In this document: positions 8,702 to 17,702 of the stretch, in pieces
How positions within the stretch are numbered: position 1 is the stretch's first letter
Layout of the letters: each line of letters opens with the position of its first letter
NCBI GenBank assembly: GCA_049975485.1
Contig: JBNGDC010000001.1
Coordinates: forward strand, 144,996 to 208,995
Length of the DNA: 64,000 nucleotides
Direction: 5' to 3'
Source of the DNA: Phycisphaerae bacterium
GTDB lineage: Bacteria > Planctomycetota > Phycisphaerae > SM23-33
Notes under the pieces: model-generated
What the model saw: only the letters and a program-made list of their open reading frames with translations
Told to the model about the DNA's origin: nothing
The model's database searches: none
Position numbers and translations under genes: made by a program

Positions 8702-10513
8702 CTATCCGCGTTTCTCGTCGTCGCGCTGCTCATCCGGTGGTGGCGGCGGAGGTGTTTGCGGTCCCTGCTCATGGGGCGAAGACTCGCTTTGCTGTTCGCC
8801 GCCTTGTTGTGCAGGTGGAGGGGGAACCCGCCGGGCGTCCACGACGGCGGTCCGCCCGAGCACGTCGCCTATCCGCTGGCGGTAGGGGTTGAACAGCGGC
8901 CAGAGCAGCAGCACCGGGATCGGCAGCAGCCAGAGCGTCTCGATGACCTTCGAGATGTTCCGCAGCAGCACCCCCCGCAGGTCGGGGCGCCGGCCGTTGT
9001 TGCCGCAGACGCGCAGCCCCAGCGCCATCTTGCCCAGCGTCGCCGAGAAGCGAAGCTCCATGAACACGCAGTAGGCGATGAACAGCAGGATCACCGAAAT
9101 CAGCACGTACGCGGACTCCGCCGTCATGGAGTATTCCTGCGCGGTGGTCCATATGTTCTCCACGTCGCGCATCTGTTCCAGCGGAACCTGTGTCACCATC
9201 AGCACCCCGCCGAGAAGATGGAAGGGCAGGGCGTCGATGGCGGCGGCCGCCAGACGCTTCGTCAGCGCCCCCGGCCGGAGTGTCTGGGGCAGCGTGAAGA
9301 TCCTGTCCGTCGATTTCGGCCTGAGGAATAGCAGCGGCACGAACATCGCGATTGCGATGCCCCACATGAAATACTCCATGATGGCCTGACCGCTGGTGTC
9401 CGGCGGCTGCCGGGCGAAGATGTCCAACTCGCCCCGCAAGACGGACCGGCCGCTGGTGTCGGACGTAATCAGCACGTACTTGCCGTCGATGCCGGCAACC
9501 ACGGCCACCTGGTCGCCGAGTCGCGACGCCAGGGGCGTTCTGTCGGCGTCGATGGTGAGTTCCTGCTCATCCATCCGCAGCGGCTGGACGCTCATCTGCT
9601 CATCCGCCCGCCAGGTGGCAAGGAGCAGCCGTTTCTTGCCGGTCTGTTCGTCGTCAACGGTCAGTACTATGCGCGGCCGCCCGGTGAGAGTGAGCATGCC
9701 GGCGACGTGGGCGGCGGAGGCCGTTTCGCCCAGCGGCAGCTCCCGCCAGTCTTCCTGCTGCGCTGAAACGAAGAGGCGATTCGGCCGGCCGTCGGTCGGC
9801 GCCAGCAGGACGTACATCAGCCCGTCGGCGACCGTGGCGAAGACACGGCCGTTCTCCGTAGCGATATCACCCAGCCAGTGCCACTGACTGCCGCGACTCT
9901 GAAAGACACCCAGCCGGATGTGTGTCGGCTCCCGGGGTTCGGCAGGGGCGGTTGTCGTAGTCGGGTGCTCGTCGGCGGGGGCCGTCGCGGTGGTGGTGTC
10001 CGCCCCGGCAGGGGCGGTGGAGGAGGTGGTGGGTTCTCTGACCGGCAGCGCGACCACGGCGGCCACCGAGCCGGAGTTACCGCCGTGCAGTCCCTCCGCC
10101 CGGCACATCGCCAGCGGGCGAGCGTCTTCGTCCCATCGCTCGTGCGACGGATATGGCAGTATGGTCCGCTCGCCGTCGATGGTGTAAAGCTGATAAGCGC
10201 GAGGGTCCGCCAGCAGCAGCTGCAACTGCGGGCCTGTCGCCACACCGGCGGCCGGCGGCTCGGTGAGTTTTTCACGCGCAACATAACGTGCGGCCCACTC
10301 CCACTTTTCGCCGGCGGGCCGGACTACCACGCCATAGCGGCCTTCGCTGTCGGGGTGGACAAGCCAGAGGGCATGCTCATTGCCGGTGAGTATGCTCGGT
10401 CGCTCAGCCGCGGCGGTAGTGGTGGCGTCTTCACCGTCGGAGGCGGCCACACACGCACCGGCGGCCGCGATGCACAGCAGCGTCGATATGGTACGAACAC
10501 GCCGCAAGCTCAC
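8702..10513 (-). CDS. RDD-family membrane protein with a large N-terminal extracytoplasmic domain
   Basis: N-terminal signal peptide. The C-terminal region has a multi-TM RDD signature (RLAAAAIDALPF...YRQRIGDVLGRTAVVD) and a Pro/Gln/Glu-rich tail. Its start overlaps the upstream gene stop by 4 nt. Confidence 0.6.
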   Translation of the reverse strand: MSLRRVRTISTLLCIAAAGACVAASDGEDATTTAAAERPSILTGNEHALWLVHPDSEGRYGVVVRPAGEKWEWAARYVAREKLTEPPAAGVATGPQLQLLLADPRAYQLYTIDGERTILPYPSHERWDEDARPLAMCRAEGLHGGNSGSVAAVVALPVREPTTSSTAPAGADTTTATAPADEHPTTTTAPAEPREPTHIRLGVFQSRGSQWHWLGDIATENGRVFATVADGLMYVLLAPTDGRPNRLFVSAQQEDWRELPLGETASAAHVAGMLTLTGRPRIVLTVDDEQTGKKRLLLATWRADEQMSVQPLRMDEQELTIDADRTPLASRLGDQVAVVAGIDGKYVLITSDTSGRSVLRGELDIFARQPPDTSGQAIMEYFMWGIAIAMFVPLLFLRPKSTDRIFTLPQTLRPGALTKRLAAAAIDALPFHLLGGVLMVTQVPLEQMRDVENIWTTAQEYSMTAESAYVLISVILLFIAYCVFMELRFSATLGKMALGLRVCGNNGRRPDLRGVLLRNISKVIETLWLLPIPVLLLWPLFNPYRQRIGDVLGRTAVVDARRVPPPPAQQGGEQQSESSPHEQGPQTPPPPPPDEQRDDEKRG

Positions 10514-11448
10514 GGATCAACCCCTCGGGCCTCAAGCTCGGCATCCACCTGGAACACCGGGATATCGCCGGGCAGGAATCTGCGGAAACCCGTCGCCGCC
10601 CGCGACCAGCGGTCCTCGGCGGTCATGTCGCTGAGCACGAGGTGCACGCTGCTGCGCCGCCGCGGCCAGCTTATGCGGATGTCCGTGGGCATTTCCGGCG
10701 GCGTCTGGCGCCCGGTATCGGCGATGGGGCGGTAGCGGTCCAGCTCCGCCGTCATTACTCGTTCGCCGTTGTTGTCGAAGAGGTTCACGCGGAAAGGCCG
10801 GCGCGGCTCCTCGTCCGACCAGCGGAAATACATCTCGCGTCTGAACAGGATCTTCCCGGTAACCGCCTGGCGGTCGATGTAGCTTACCACGTACGCGCAC
10901 GGGTCGCGGGACAGCGTCACGGCGGCCACCGGCAGCGTGGTGAAGTCGTCGGGAAGCTCCGAGATGCTCAGGACGCTGACAAGCTGGTTGGGGTCCAGCG
11001 GAAGCTGCTCCACGCCGGGGGCGCCGGCGTATTCGTGCCGGCCGAACCACGCCTGGCCGTGCTCGCCGAAGCGGTACCACAGGTAGTACACGCCCTCCTC
11101 GACGTTGCTGCCGAGTCGGAACAGCTCGACGGCCGCCGTCTCGCGCCCGATGAGGACAAAGTCGTGCGGACCGGTCGCCTCGGGACCCTTGCCCAGCAGC
11201 AGCAGGGCGTTGGGTGACGCCAGCGGGCTTGTGGAGCCCCAACTGAAGCTCCGCCCGTCCTCGTCGGTGAGCGTTACGGCCAGTCTGGCTCGCGCCCAGA
11301 GCCGCGGGACGGCCGATGCGTTGCCGTTGTATTCGGCGACGAGCGTCTCGACGGGCACGGCCGTCTCCGGGCAGGTCGGCGGGCAGCCGCACAGCGCCAC
11401 GGCCAGGCCGTAAAGCGGAAGCAGGGCGATTCTGCGGGAGGCGATCAC
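10510..11448 (-). CDS. lipoprotein, function unknown
   Basis: Signal peptide with lipobox (LAVALCGC). 312 aa with no recognizable catalytic motif. It is translationally coupled (4-nt overlaps) to both neighbours. Confidence 0.5.
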   Translation of the reverse strand: MIASRRIALLPLYGLAVALCGCPPTCPETAVPVETLVAEYNGNASAVPRLWARARLAVTLTDEDGRSFSWGSTSPLASPNALLLLGKGPEATGPHDFVLIGRETAAVELFRLGSNVEEGVYYLWYRFGEHGQAWFGRHEYAGAPGVEQLPLDPNQLVSVLSISELPDDFTTLPVAAVTLSRDPCAYVVSYIDRQAVTGKILFRREMYFRWSDEEPRRPFRVNLFDNNGERVMTAELDRYRPIADTGRQTPPEMPTDIRISWPRRRSSVHLVLSDMTAEDRWSRAATGFRRFLPGDIPVFQVDAELEARGVDP

Positions 11449-11948
11449 AGGTCGGTCTCCAGTATCTGGTTCAGTTGCTCGCTTACCTCGGCGATTTTCT
11501 CTTCGTCCATGTGCGGGTCGAGGACGCGGCAGGTTTCGTCGGCGCCTTTGTAACGCATCGTCCAGACTTCCCGCCCGTCGTCGAGTTTTTCGCTGCCTTC
11601 ATAGACCAGCAGCTTCTTGCGCATCAGCACCAGCGCCAGCACAAAGCGGAAGTTCACGCGCGAGTCGCTCTCGTCGCCGTCGAGGCGGCGGAAGAAGTTC
11701 ATCAATACGTCGTCGTCCACGAAGAGCTTGCGCTTCTGCTTCGGCTCGGGCGCCCGCGCCCGCCAGACGGCCACCACCGATTCGTCCTCGTCGGCGCCGT
11801 CGTAGCAGGACGGGCAGTAGTCGCGTCGCTCGAACTGCTCGTCCTGTTCGCGGACGGTCGCCACGTACTCGTTGCCCGGCTCGAAGCACCGCCGGCACAG
11901 CGAGCAGACGCCCGTGGGCCTGGATATATTCTCGTAGTCTCTGGCCAT
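11445..11948 (-). CDS. cytoplasmic zinc-ribbon protein, function unknown (first gene of a 3-gene operon)
   Basis: CSLCRRC...CPSCY gives two CxxC pairs, with an acidic-basic C-terminal half. No family assigned. Confidence 0.45.
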   Translation of the reverse strand: MARDYENISRPTGVCSLCRRCFEPGNEYVATVREQDEQFERRDYCPSCYDGADEDESVVAVWRARAPEPKQKRKLFVDDDVLMNFFRRLDGDESDSRVNFRFVLALVLMRKKLLVYEGSEKLDDGREVWTMRYKGADETCRVLDPHMDEEKIAEVSEQLNQILETDL

Positions 11949-12013
11949 GGTTCTCGCCTTCCGTGCGGCTACAGGTTAACCGCAAAGGGCGGACGAATCG
12001 AGCGTTTGGAGTG

Positions 12014-12631
12014 TCAGTCGAGACCGGCGGTGGATTCGATTTTGTCGCGGAGCCGCTCGGCGCGGGCGAGGTCGTCCGCGGATGAGGACCGCAGGTCGTC
12101 GCCCTCGGAGGCGGGCAGTTGCCGGGCGTTTATACGGACGTTGTAGTCGCTGAGCCGCACGGCCACCGCGGACAGGGCGGCCGCGGCAAGCAGGTCGCTG
12201 AGCAGGTAGCGGTTGCACTTGCCAGAAAGCTCCTTCAGGTCCTCCAGCACAGCAATCGCGACCTTGGTAAGCTCGCGTGGCACGTCGATGGCCGCCGCCA
12301 GAGCCAGGGACATGCGCTCGGTCTTTTCCGGCGAGTCGGCCATCGCCGTCGTCTCGCGGAAAAACTCATAGGCCGCGGCGTCGTCACCGGCAAGGGCCTT
12401 GAACATGTGTCTGGCCCGTGTCAGCCGCGGGCCTATGCGGTCGTACAGCTCCTGGTGCTCGGCGTATTTCTTCTTGCCGGAGGTGAAGTTAAGAGCCATT
12501 TCCCCCAGCGCCGCGGCCAGGGCGGCTACGACGGCCGCCACCGACCCGCCGCCGGGAGTGGGCGTTTTGGCGGCGGCGGCGTCGAGAAACTCCCGCACCG
12601 TCATCGAAAGCATGTCTTTGGTCTTTGCCAT
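12014..12631 (-). CDS. formiminotransferase-cyclodeaminase C-domain-like protein (methenyl-THF cyclohydrolase / cyclodeaminase family)
   Basis: TPTPGGGSVAAVVAALAAALGEMALNFTSGKKKY is the hallmark Gly-rich motif of the FTCD_C / FchA family. 205 aa. Confidence 0.65.
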   Translation of the reverse strand: MAKTKDMLSMTVREFLDAAAAKTPTPGGGSVAAVVAALAAALGEMALNFTSGKKKYAEHQELYDRIGPRLTRARHMFKALAGDDAAAYEFFRETTAMADSPEKTERMSLALAAAIDVPRELTKVAIAVLEDLKELSGKCNRYLLSDLLAAAALSAVAVRLSDYNVRINARQLPASEGDDLRSSSADDLARAERLRDKIESTAGLD

Positions 12632-12646
12632 TCTCGCATCCGGTAT

Positions 12647-12678
12647 CTGGTTGTCTGGTTAATCGGTTAACTGGTCAA
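12647..12678. repeat. tandem octanucleotide repeat (CTGGTTRA-like) x4
   Basis: CTGGTTGT CTGGTTAA TCGGTTAA CTGGTCAA, sitting between the M16 peptidase gene and the cyclodeaminase gene. The same family occurs at 21601-21633 and shares the GGTTAACTGGT core. Confidence 0.6.
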
Positions 12679-12682
12679 CCGG

Positions 12683-15484
12683 CTACGGCTCTACGTCCTC
12701 CGGCGCCGGCGTGGTGATTACGGTGGTGTAGCCGCCGCCGAGATACTTCTCGCCGGCGCGGAGCACGTCCTCGGGTGTAACGTCGCGGTACACTTCCTGC
12801 AAGCGGCTGTGGAAGTCGTACCCAAGCCCGTAAAGCTCGTTCAGGGCCGCGTTCATGGAAAGCGCGTCCATGGACTGCTTGCCCAGAAGCTCGGCCGTGA
12901 GAATGATGTTGACCGCCTCCTCGACTTCCTGCGGGGTGGGCTTGTACTGCGACGCTCGTCGCAGGTTGCGGCGGATGGTCTCAGCGACCTCCTGCGCCTC
13001 GGAGGGTTGGCAGACCGCGTAGGTCATGAACGCCCCCGGCAGCAGACCGGGCCAGTTGTACGCGTGCACAACGTACACCAGCTCGCGGCCGCGAAGCTCC
13101 TCGTGCAGCCAGCCGCTGGGAAGGCGGTATCCGCTGATGATGGTGTCAAGAACGTCGATGGCGGCCCGGTCTTCGATGTTGGTGAACACCATTCCGGCAG
13201 CGCCCACCACCACGGCCGAAACCTGTTTCTCAGTCTCCTTGACGAACGTCCTGTCCTCTTGTGGCACGTCCGGGCCGGAAACGTTGGGCAAACTGACCTC
13301 GCCCTCGGGCAGGTCCGCGAACAGGCCGGTTATCAGCTCTCGGGCCTCGTCCGCATCGAAGTTGCCGTACACCGCCAACACACTGGAGCCGGCTTTGACG
13401 TGCTGTTCGTGCCAGTCGGCGAGTTTTTCGGCGGTTGCTTCGGCGAGCACCTCCTGGCGGCCCGGGGACAGGAGCCGGTAGGGGGAATCCTCGAAAAAGC
13501 TGCCACGGAAGAACTTCTGCCCCTCCGCGAGGACGTTCTCGTCGATTTGGCGCGAGGCCGCTATCGCGCGCGGTCGAAGGATCTCCAGCTCCTCTTCGGG
13601 GAACGTCGGGTGCTGCACCACGTCCGCCAGGACGGCGACGGCCTCGGAGAATTCGCTCTCCAGCACGCTCGCCTGCCAGTAGAAGGTGTTGTTTCCGCAC
13701 TGGGCGTCAAGCTCGCCGCCGGCGGCGTCGAAGAACTCGGCGATATCCTCGGCCGTCCTGTCCGCGGTGCCCTTGGTGGTGAGGTTGGTCATCAGCGTGC
13801 CGAAGCCGTTGGTGGATTCATCCTCCAGCAGCACGCCACCGGCCGAAACGAAAGTCATGGACACCAGCCCCACGGCCGGATTCGGGCCGAGCACCACCCG
13901 CATACCGTTGTCCAGAGTGAACATTCGCGGCTCGCCGGCACGGGTCTGCCGGTCGGCGGTATCGGCGTCCAGCTCGGCGGCCGGGTCGGCAGGCAGCATC
14001 CGCGTGACCACCATGCGCTGCGGGTCGAGGTACTTCCGCGCGACATCGCGCACCTGCTCGGCCGTCACCTGCTGTATCCGGTCGGTATACCGGCGGGAGA
14101 AGTCCGTCTCGCCGGTGGACAGGTAGTCTCCGGCCAGGGTCGCCGAGATGGACTCGACCGTCTGCAGCGAACGGACGTAGTCGGCGACCTTCTGGCGCTT
14201 GGCGCGGTCCAGCTCATCCTGCGAGACGCCTTCTTCCCGGATGCGGGCCAGTTCGTCGAGGATGGCCTGCTCGGCGGCGTCGGCCTTCTCCGGCTGGGTG
14301 CGGAAATCTATCGAGAACGGTCCTTTCCCCCACGCCGGCGTCCAGGAGAACGAATCCACGCTCGTGACGAGCTGTTTCTCGCGGCGGATGGTTCTCTCAA
14401 GAAGACTGGCCTCGCCGCGGGTCAGCACGAACGACAGCACGTCCAGCGCGTAGAGGTCGTCGTGGATGAGGGGGATCGTCAGAAAGCTCATCGTCTGCTG
14501 GGCCTCGGTCAGCTCCGCATGCGTGCGGACAACCCGCCGCTCGCCGGCGATTGGCTGAACGTCCGGCAGCGTCAGGTCCGGCTGGCGACCGGCCGAGGCA
14601 CCGGCGAACTGCTTCTGCACCTGCCTGAGCGCCTCGGACACGTCGATATCGCCGACGATGCTCACCACCATATTCTGCGGAACGTACATCCGCCGGTGAT
14701 ACTCGCGGACGTCGTCGATGGTCAGCTCCCGCAGCGGCCGCTCGTATCCGATTACCGGCACGGCCGCGGGGTGCTGGCGGTAGAGGTTCTCCATGTGGGC
14801 CTGCCAGAGCTGCCGGTCGGGGTCGTCGTAGCGCATCTCCAGTTCGCGCTGTACCACGCCGTGCTCGCGGCGGAAGGCGTCTTCGGTGATCTCCGCCCGC
14901 GCGAGCCAGTCCGCCAGCAGCTCTATGCACTGGTCGGTCTTAGCGGCTGTTGCCGAGATGTAATAGCACGTATGGTCGAGAGTGGTGTAGGCGTTGGCCT
15001 GGGCGCCGATTCGCCGGACCCTGTCCACCGGTTCGCGGGTCTCTGTGGCGGCCCCGCCTCCGTCGGGCGAGTCATGCTCGGCCTCGTCGGCCACCAGGTG
15101 CTCCAGCAGGTGGCTTACACCGCAGCCGAGCCACTCGCCTTCGTAAAGTCCGCCCGCCCGCACGTACCCGCGTACGCAGACCACCGGGCTGGTGCGCACG
15201 GACTGCAGTATGACCGTCAGCCCGTTTTCGAGCGTCACGACGGTCACATCGTCTCCGGTATCCATCCGCTCGACGACGGCCGGCGGCTGCGGCTGAGTTT
15301 CTGCTCCGGCCGGCTCGGGCTTGACGGTCTGTGTGGTCGGTGTGCTCTGCTGCCGCGAATCGGCCTCCGCGGCGCCGCTGGTCGCGCAGCCGAAGCTGAA
15401 GACAGCGACCAATACGCCGAACAGCAACACGGGCAGGTTCACAGAGACACTCCGTCCCAAACGTGCGAAGGCATCGGTACTCAT
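12683..15484 (-). CDS. M16 family zinc peptidase, duplicated (pitrilysin-like) fused two-module protein
   Basis: 933 aa with a signal peptide and the inverted zinc motif HLLEHLV...E. It shows M16 N- and C-domain repeats twice along its length. Confidence 0.75.
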   Translation of the reverse strand: MSTDAFARLGRSVSVNLPVLLFGVLVAVFSFGCATSGAAEADSRQQSTPTTQTVKPEPAGAETQPQPPAVVERMDTGDDVTVVTLENGLTVILQSVRTSPVVCVRGYVRAGGLYEGEWLGCGVSHLLEHLVADEAEHDSPDGGGAATETREPVDRVRRIGAQANAYTTLDHTCYYISATAAKTDQCIELLADWLARAEITEDAFRREHGVVQRELEMRYDDPDRQLWQAHMENLYRQHPAAVPVIGYERPLRELTIDDVREYHRRMYVPQNMVVSIVGDIDVSEALRQVQKQFAGASAGRQPDLTLPDVQPIAGERRVVRTHAELTEAQQTMSFLTIPLIHDDLYALDVLSFVLTRGEASLLERTIRREKQLVTSVDSFSWTPAWGKGPFSIDFRTQPEKADAAEQAILDELARIREEGVSQDELDRAKRQKVADYVRSLQTVESISATLAGDYLSTGETDFSRRYTDRIQQVTAEQVRDVARKYLDPQRMVVTRMLPADPAAELDADTADRQTRAGEPRMFTLDNGMRVVLGPNPAVGLVSMTFVSAGGVLLEDESTNGFGTLMTNLTTKGTADRTAEDIAEFFDAAGGELDAQCGNNTFYWQASVLESEFSEAVAVLADVVQHPTFPEEELEILRPRAIAASRQIDENVLAEGQKFFRGSFFEDSPYRLLSPGRQEVLAEATAEKLADWHEQHVKAGSSVLAVYGNFDADEARELITGLFADLPEGEVSLPNVSGPDVPQEDRTFVKETEKQVSAVVVGAAGMVFTNIEDRAAIDVLDTIISGYRLPSGWLHEELRGRELVYVVHAYNWPGLLPGAFMTYAVCQPSEAQEVAETIRRNLRRASQYKPTPQEVEEAVNIILTAELLGKQSMDALSMNAALNELYGLGYDFHSRLQEVYRDVTPEDVLRAGEKYLGGGYTTVITTPAPEDVEP

Positions 15485-15522
15485 GAAAGAATCCTCCCGG
15501 GGTCGTCCGTAATGGTGCGCCG

Positions 15523-16020
15523 TCAGCTTTCGGCGCGTGTGCGGTTTTCCAGCTCACTGAGGTAGGCGAGTGTGCGGTCCAGCTCGGTCTTGAGGTGCCT
15601 CACCCGCAGAAGGCTGCGCACGCGTGTCAGCAGTTCCAGCCGGTTGACGGGCTTGGAGATGAAATCGTCCGTGCCGCTTTCCACGCCGCGTTCGATGTCG
15701 CCCAGCTCGTGCAGCGCGGTCACCATGATCACCGGCACGTCGCGTGTGCCGGGGGCGCTTTTGAGCTTGCGGCAGACCTCAAAGCCGCTCATGCGCGGCA
15801 TCATGATATCCAGCAGGATAAGGTCCGGCAGTTCCTCCTCCACGGCCTCCATTGCCTCGATGCCGTCGCGGGCTGTGCGGATGGTGCAGCCCGTCGGCTC
15901 CAGATAGGCCACCAGAAGCTCGAGGTTCTGCTCGTTGTCGTCAACGACCAGGATAGTGCTGCCGGTGAACAGGTCCTTCTCTTCCTCACTCGGCGCGCCG
16001 TTGGCGGGGGTCTGTGACAT
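15523..16020 (-). CDS. single-domain response regulator (CheY-like receiver)
   Basis: ILVVDDNEQNLELL, LILLDIMMPRMSGFEV and VIMVTA with a conserved Asp pocket. 165 aa with no output domain. Confidence 0.8.
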   Translation of the reverse strand: MSQTPANGAPSEEEKDLFTGSTILVVDDNEQNLELLVAYLEPTGCTIRTARDGIEAMEAVEEELPDLILLDIMMPRMSGFEVCRKLKSAPGTRDVPVIMVTALHELGDIERGVESGTDDFISKPVNRLELLTRVRSLLRVRHLKTELDRTLAYLSELENRTRAES

Positions 16021-16254
16021 TTGCCTTCTCCTTGGCGATGCGCGTACATCACGCCTCTACAGCAGCGTACCGGCCGGAGGACGCCGAAGCAACATCCTTG
16101 ACGGCCTCGGTTGCCGGCAGCACGGAGACACCTGCTTTCGTATGGAGTCGCAGGACCTGAATTTTTCATCTCCCAACCCCCAAGTCTATCGCCGTGGGGA
16201 AGGTAGCGGGCTAACATATATAGGTTCGCTCAACTCTCTGAAAGGACAGATCCA

Positions 16255-17640
16255 ATGAGAGCACGACAGATTCTGATGGTCCTGTGGGCCGGTCTGTGCG
16301 TCCTGGTGGTGCTGGCGTGCGAGTCCGGCTCCGACGCCCAGGAGTCCGGTTCTTCGACGGAAGGCGTATCGGCCGATGCGCCCGTGGTCGCGACACCGGC
16401 CGCGCCCGTTGCCGGGCGACGCATTGAGCCGCAGCAACTGGTCTACCAGGGCGCTTTCCGTCTGCCCGACGGTCCGGATGAGTACGCCTGGGGCTGGAGC
16501 GGGCAGGGACTCGCCTATCGCCCCGACGGCGACGCCGAAGGCGAAGACGACGGCTACGGCGGATCGCTGTTCGGCACGGGACACAACTGGAATACGTGGG
16601 TTTCGGAGGTCTCCATACCCCGGCCGATCGTTTCGCCGACCAGGAACCTCGATGAGCTTAACACCGCGGCGACCCTCCAGCCCTTTGCGGACATCCGCGG
16701 CGGACTCTATGAGGGCAGAGACCTGGAGCAACCCCGAGTGGGCCTGGCGTATCTGCCCGCACAGGGCGAGCAGACTTCCGCCAAGCTCTACTTCTCCTGG
16801 GCGGCCCACATGGGACAGGGCGAGAAGGAGCCGACGCACGGCTGGTGCGAGCCGGATCTCTCGGACCCTAAACCGGCGGGGTTGTGGAGCATCGCGGGGC
16901 TGGACCAGTATCTGACCTGCGATTACATCACGACGGTTCCGCGAAGCTGGGCCGATGCGAACACCCCCGGCATGTACCTGGCGACCGGGCGGATGCGCGA
17001 CGGCGGCCAGGCCTCGCAGGGTCCGACGCTGATCGCCTATGGGCCCTGGAATCAGGGCAACCCGCCGGCGGCCGGCGCGGAACTGCCCGGCACGGTGCTG
17101 CTGAGATACTCCGCGATCACGGATGAGCAGCAGCACACGCTGAACGGTTACGCACACAGCGACGACTGGTCCGGCGTCGCCTGGCTCGATGTCGGCGGAC
17201 GCTCGGCCGTTGTGTTCGTCGGCACCAAGGGCGTCGGCAAGTGCTGGTACGGCTTCGCCAACGGTGTGGTCTGGCCGGAGGAAGGCCCGTACCCGCCCGT
17301 GCCGGAATATCCCAACGACCAGCGTGGCTGGTGGTCCGAGCGGTTCGTGCCGCAGATAATGCTGTACGACCCGGCGGATCTGGCCGCCGTCGCAGCCGGC
17401 AAAGCCCAGCCGCGCGAGCCGCAGCCCTATGCGGTGATAGACATCGAGGAGCTTATGTACCGCCGCCCCGAGAGGCCCGACATGCACCGGGTCGGAGCGG
17501 CGGCGGCCGACAACGAGCGGGGCCTGTTGTACGTGCTGGAGCTGCGTGGCGACGGCGACAAATCCCTCGTACACGTCTGGAAATTCGTCGGCGGGCGGCA
17601 GGGCGGCCAGGCGGATACGCCGGACGTCCCGGAGCTTTGA
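16255..17640 (+). CDS. lipoprotein, function unknown
   Basis: MRARQILMVLWAGLCVLVVLAC lipobox signal. 461 aa with no family assigned. Confidence 0.45.
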   Translation: MRARQILMVLWAGLCVLVVLACESGSDAQESGSSTEGVSADAPVVATPAAPVAGRRIEPQQLVYQGAFRLPDGPDEYAWGWSGQGLAYRPDGDAEGEDDGYGGSLFGTGHNWNTWVSEVSIPRPIVSPTRNLDELNTAATLQPFADIRGGLYEGRDLEQPRVGLAYLPAQGEQTSAKLYFSWAAHMGQGEKEPTHGWCEPDLSDPKPAGLWSIAGLDQYLTCDYITTVPRSWADANTPGMYLATGRMRDGGQASQGPTLIAYGPWNQGNPPAAGAELPGTVLLRYSAITDEQQHTLNGYAHSDDWSGVAWLDVGGRSAVVFVGTKGVGKCWYGFANGVVWPEEGPYPPVPEYPNDQRGWWSERFVPQIMLYDPADLAAVAAGKAQPREPQPYAVIDIEELMYRRPERPDMHRVGAAAADNERGLLYVLELRGDGDKSLVHVWKFVGGRQGGQADTPDVPEL

Positions 17641-17702
17641 CCCGCCCGGGCACCCGGCGCGGCCCGTTGGAAAAGCGCGCCGCGGCCGGGTAACATCGCC
17701 GC

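Noticed and set aside
12809-15565. 918-aa plus-strand ORF
   Set aside because: It is fully antisense to the M16 peptidase (HxxEH motif on the minus strand). Its composition is Arg/Gly/Leu-rich, typical of a GC-artifact.
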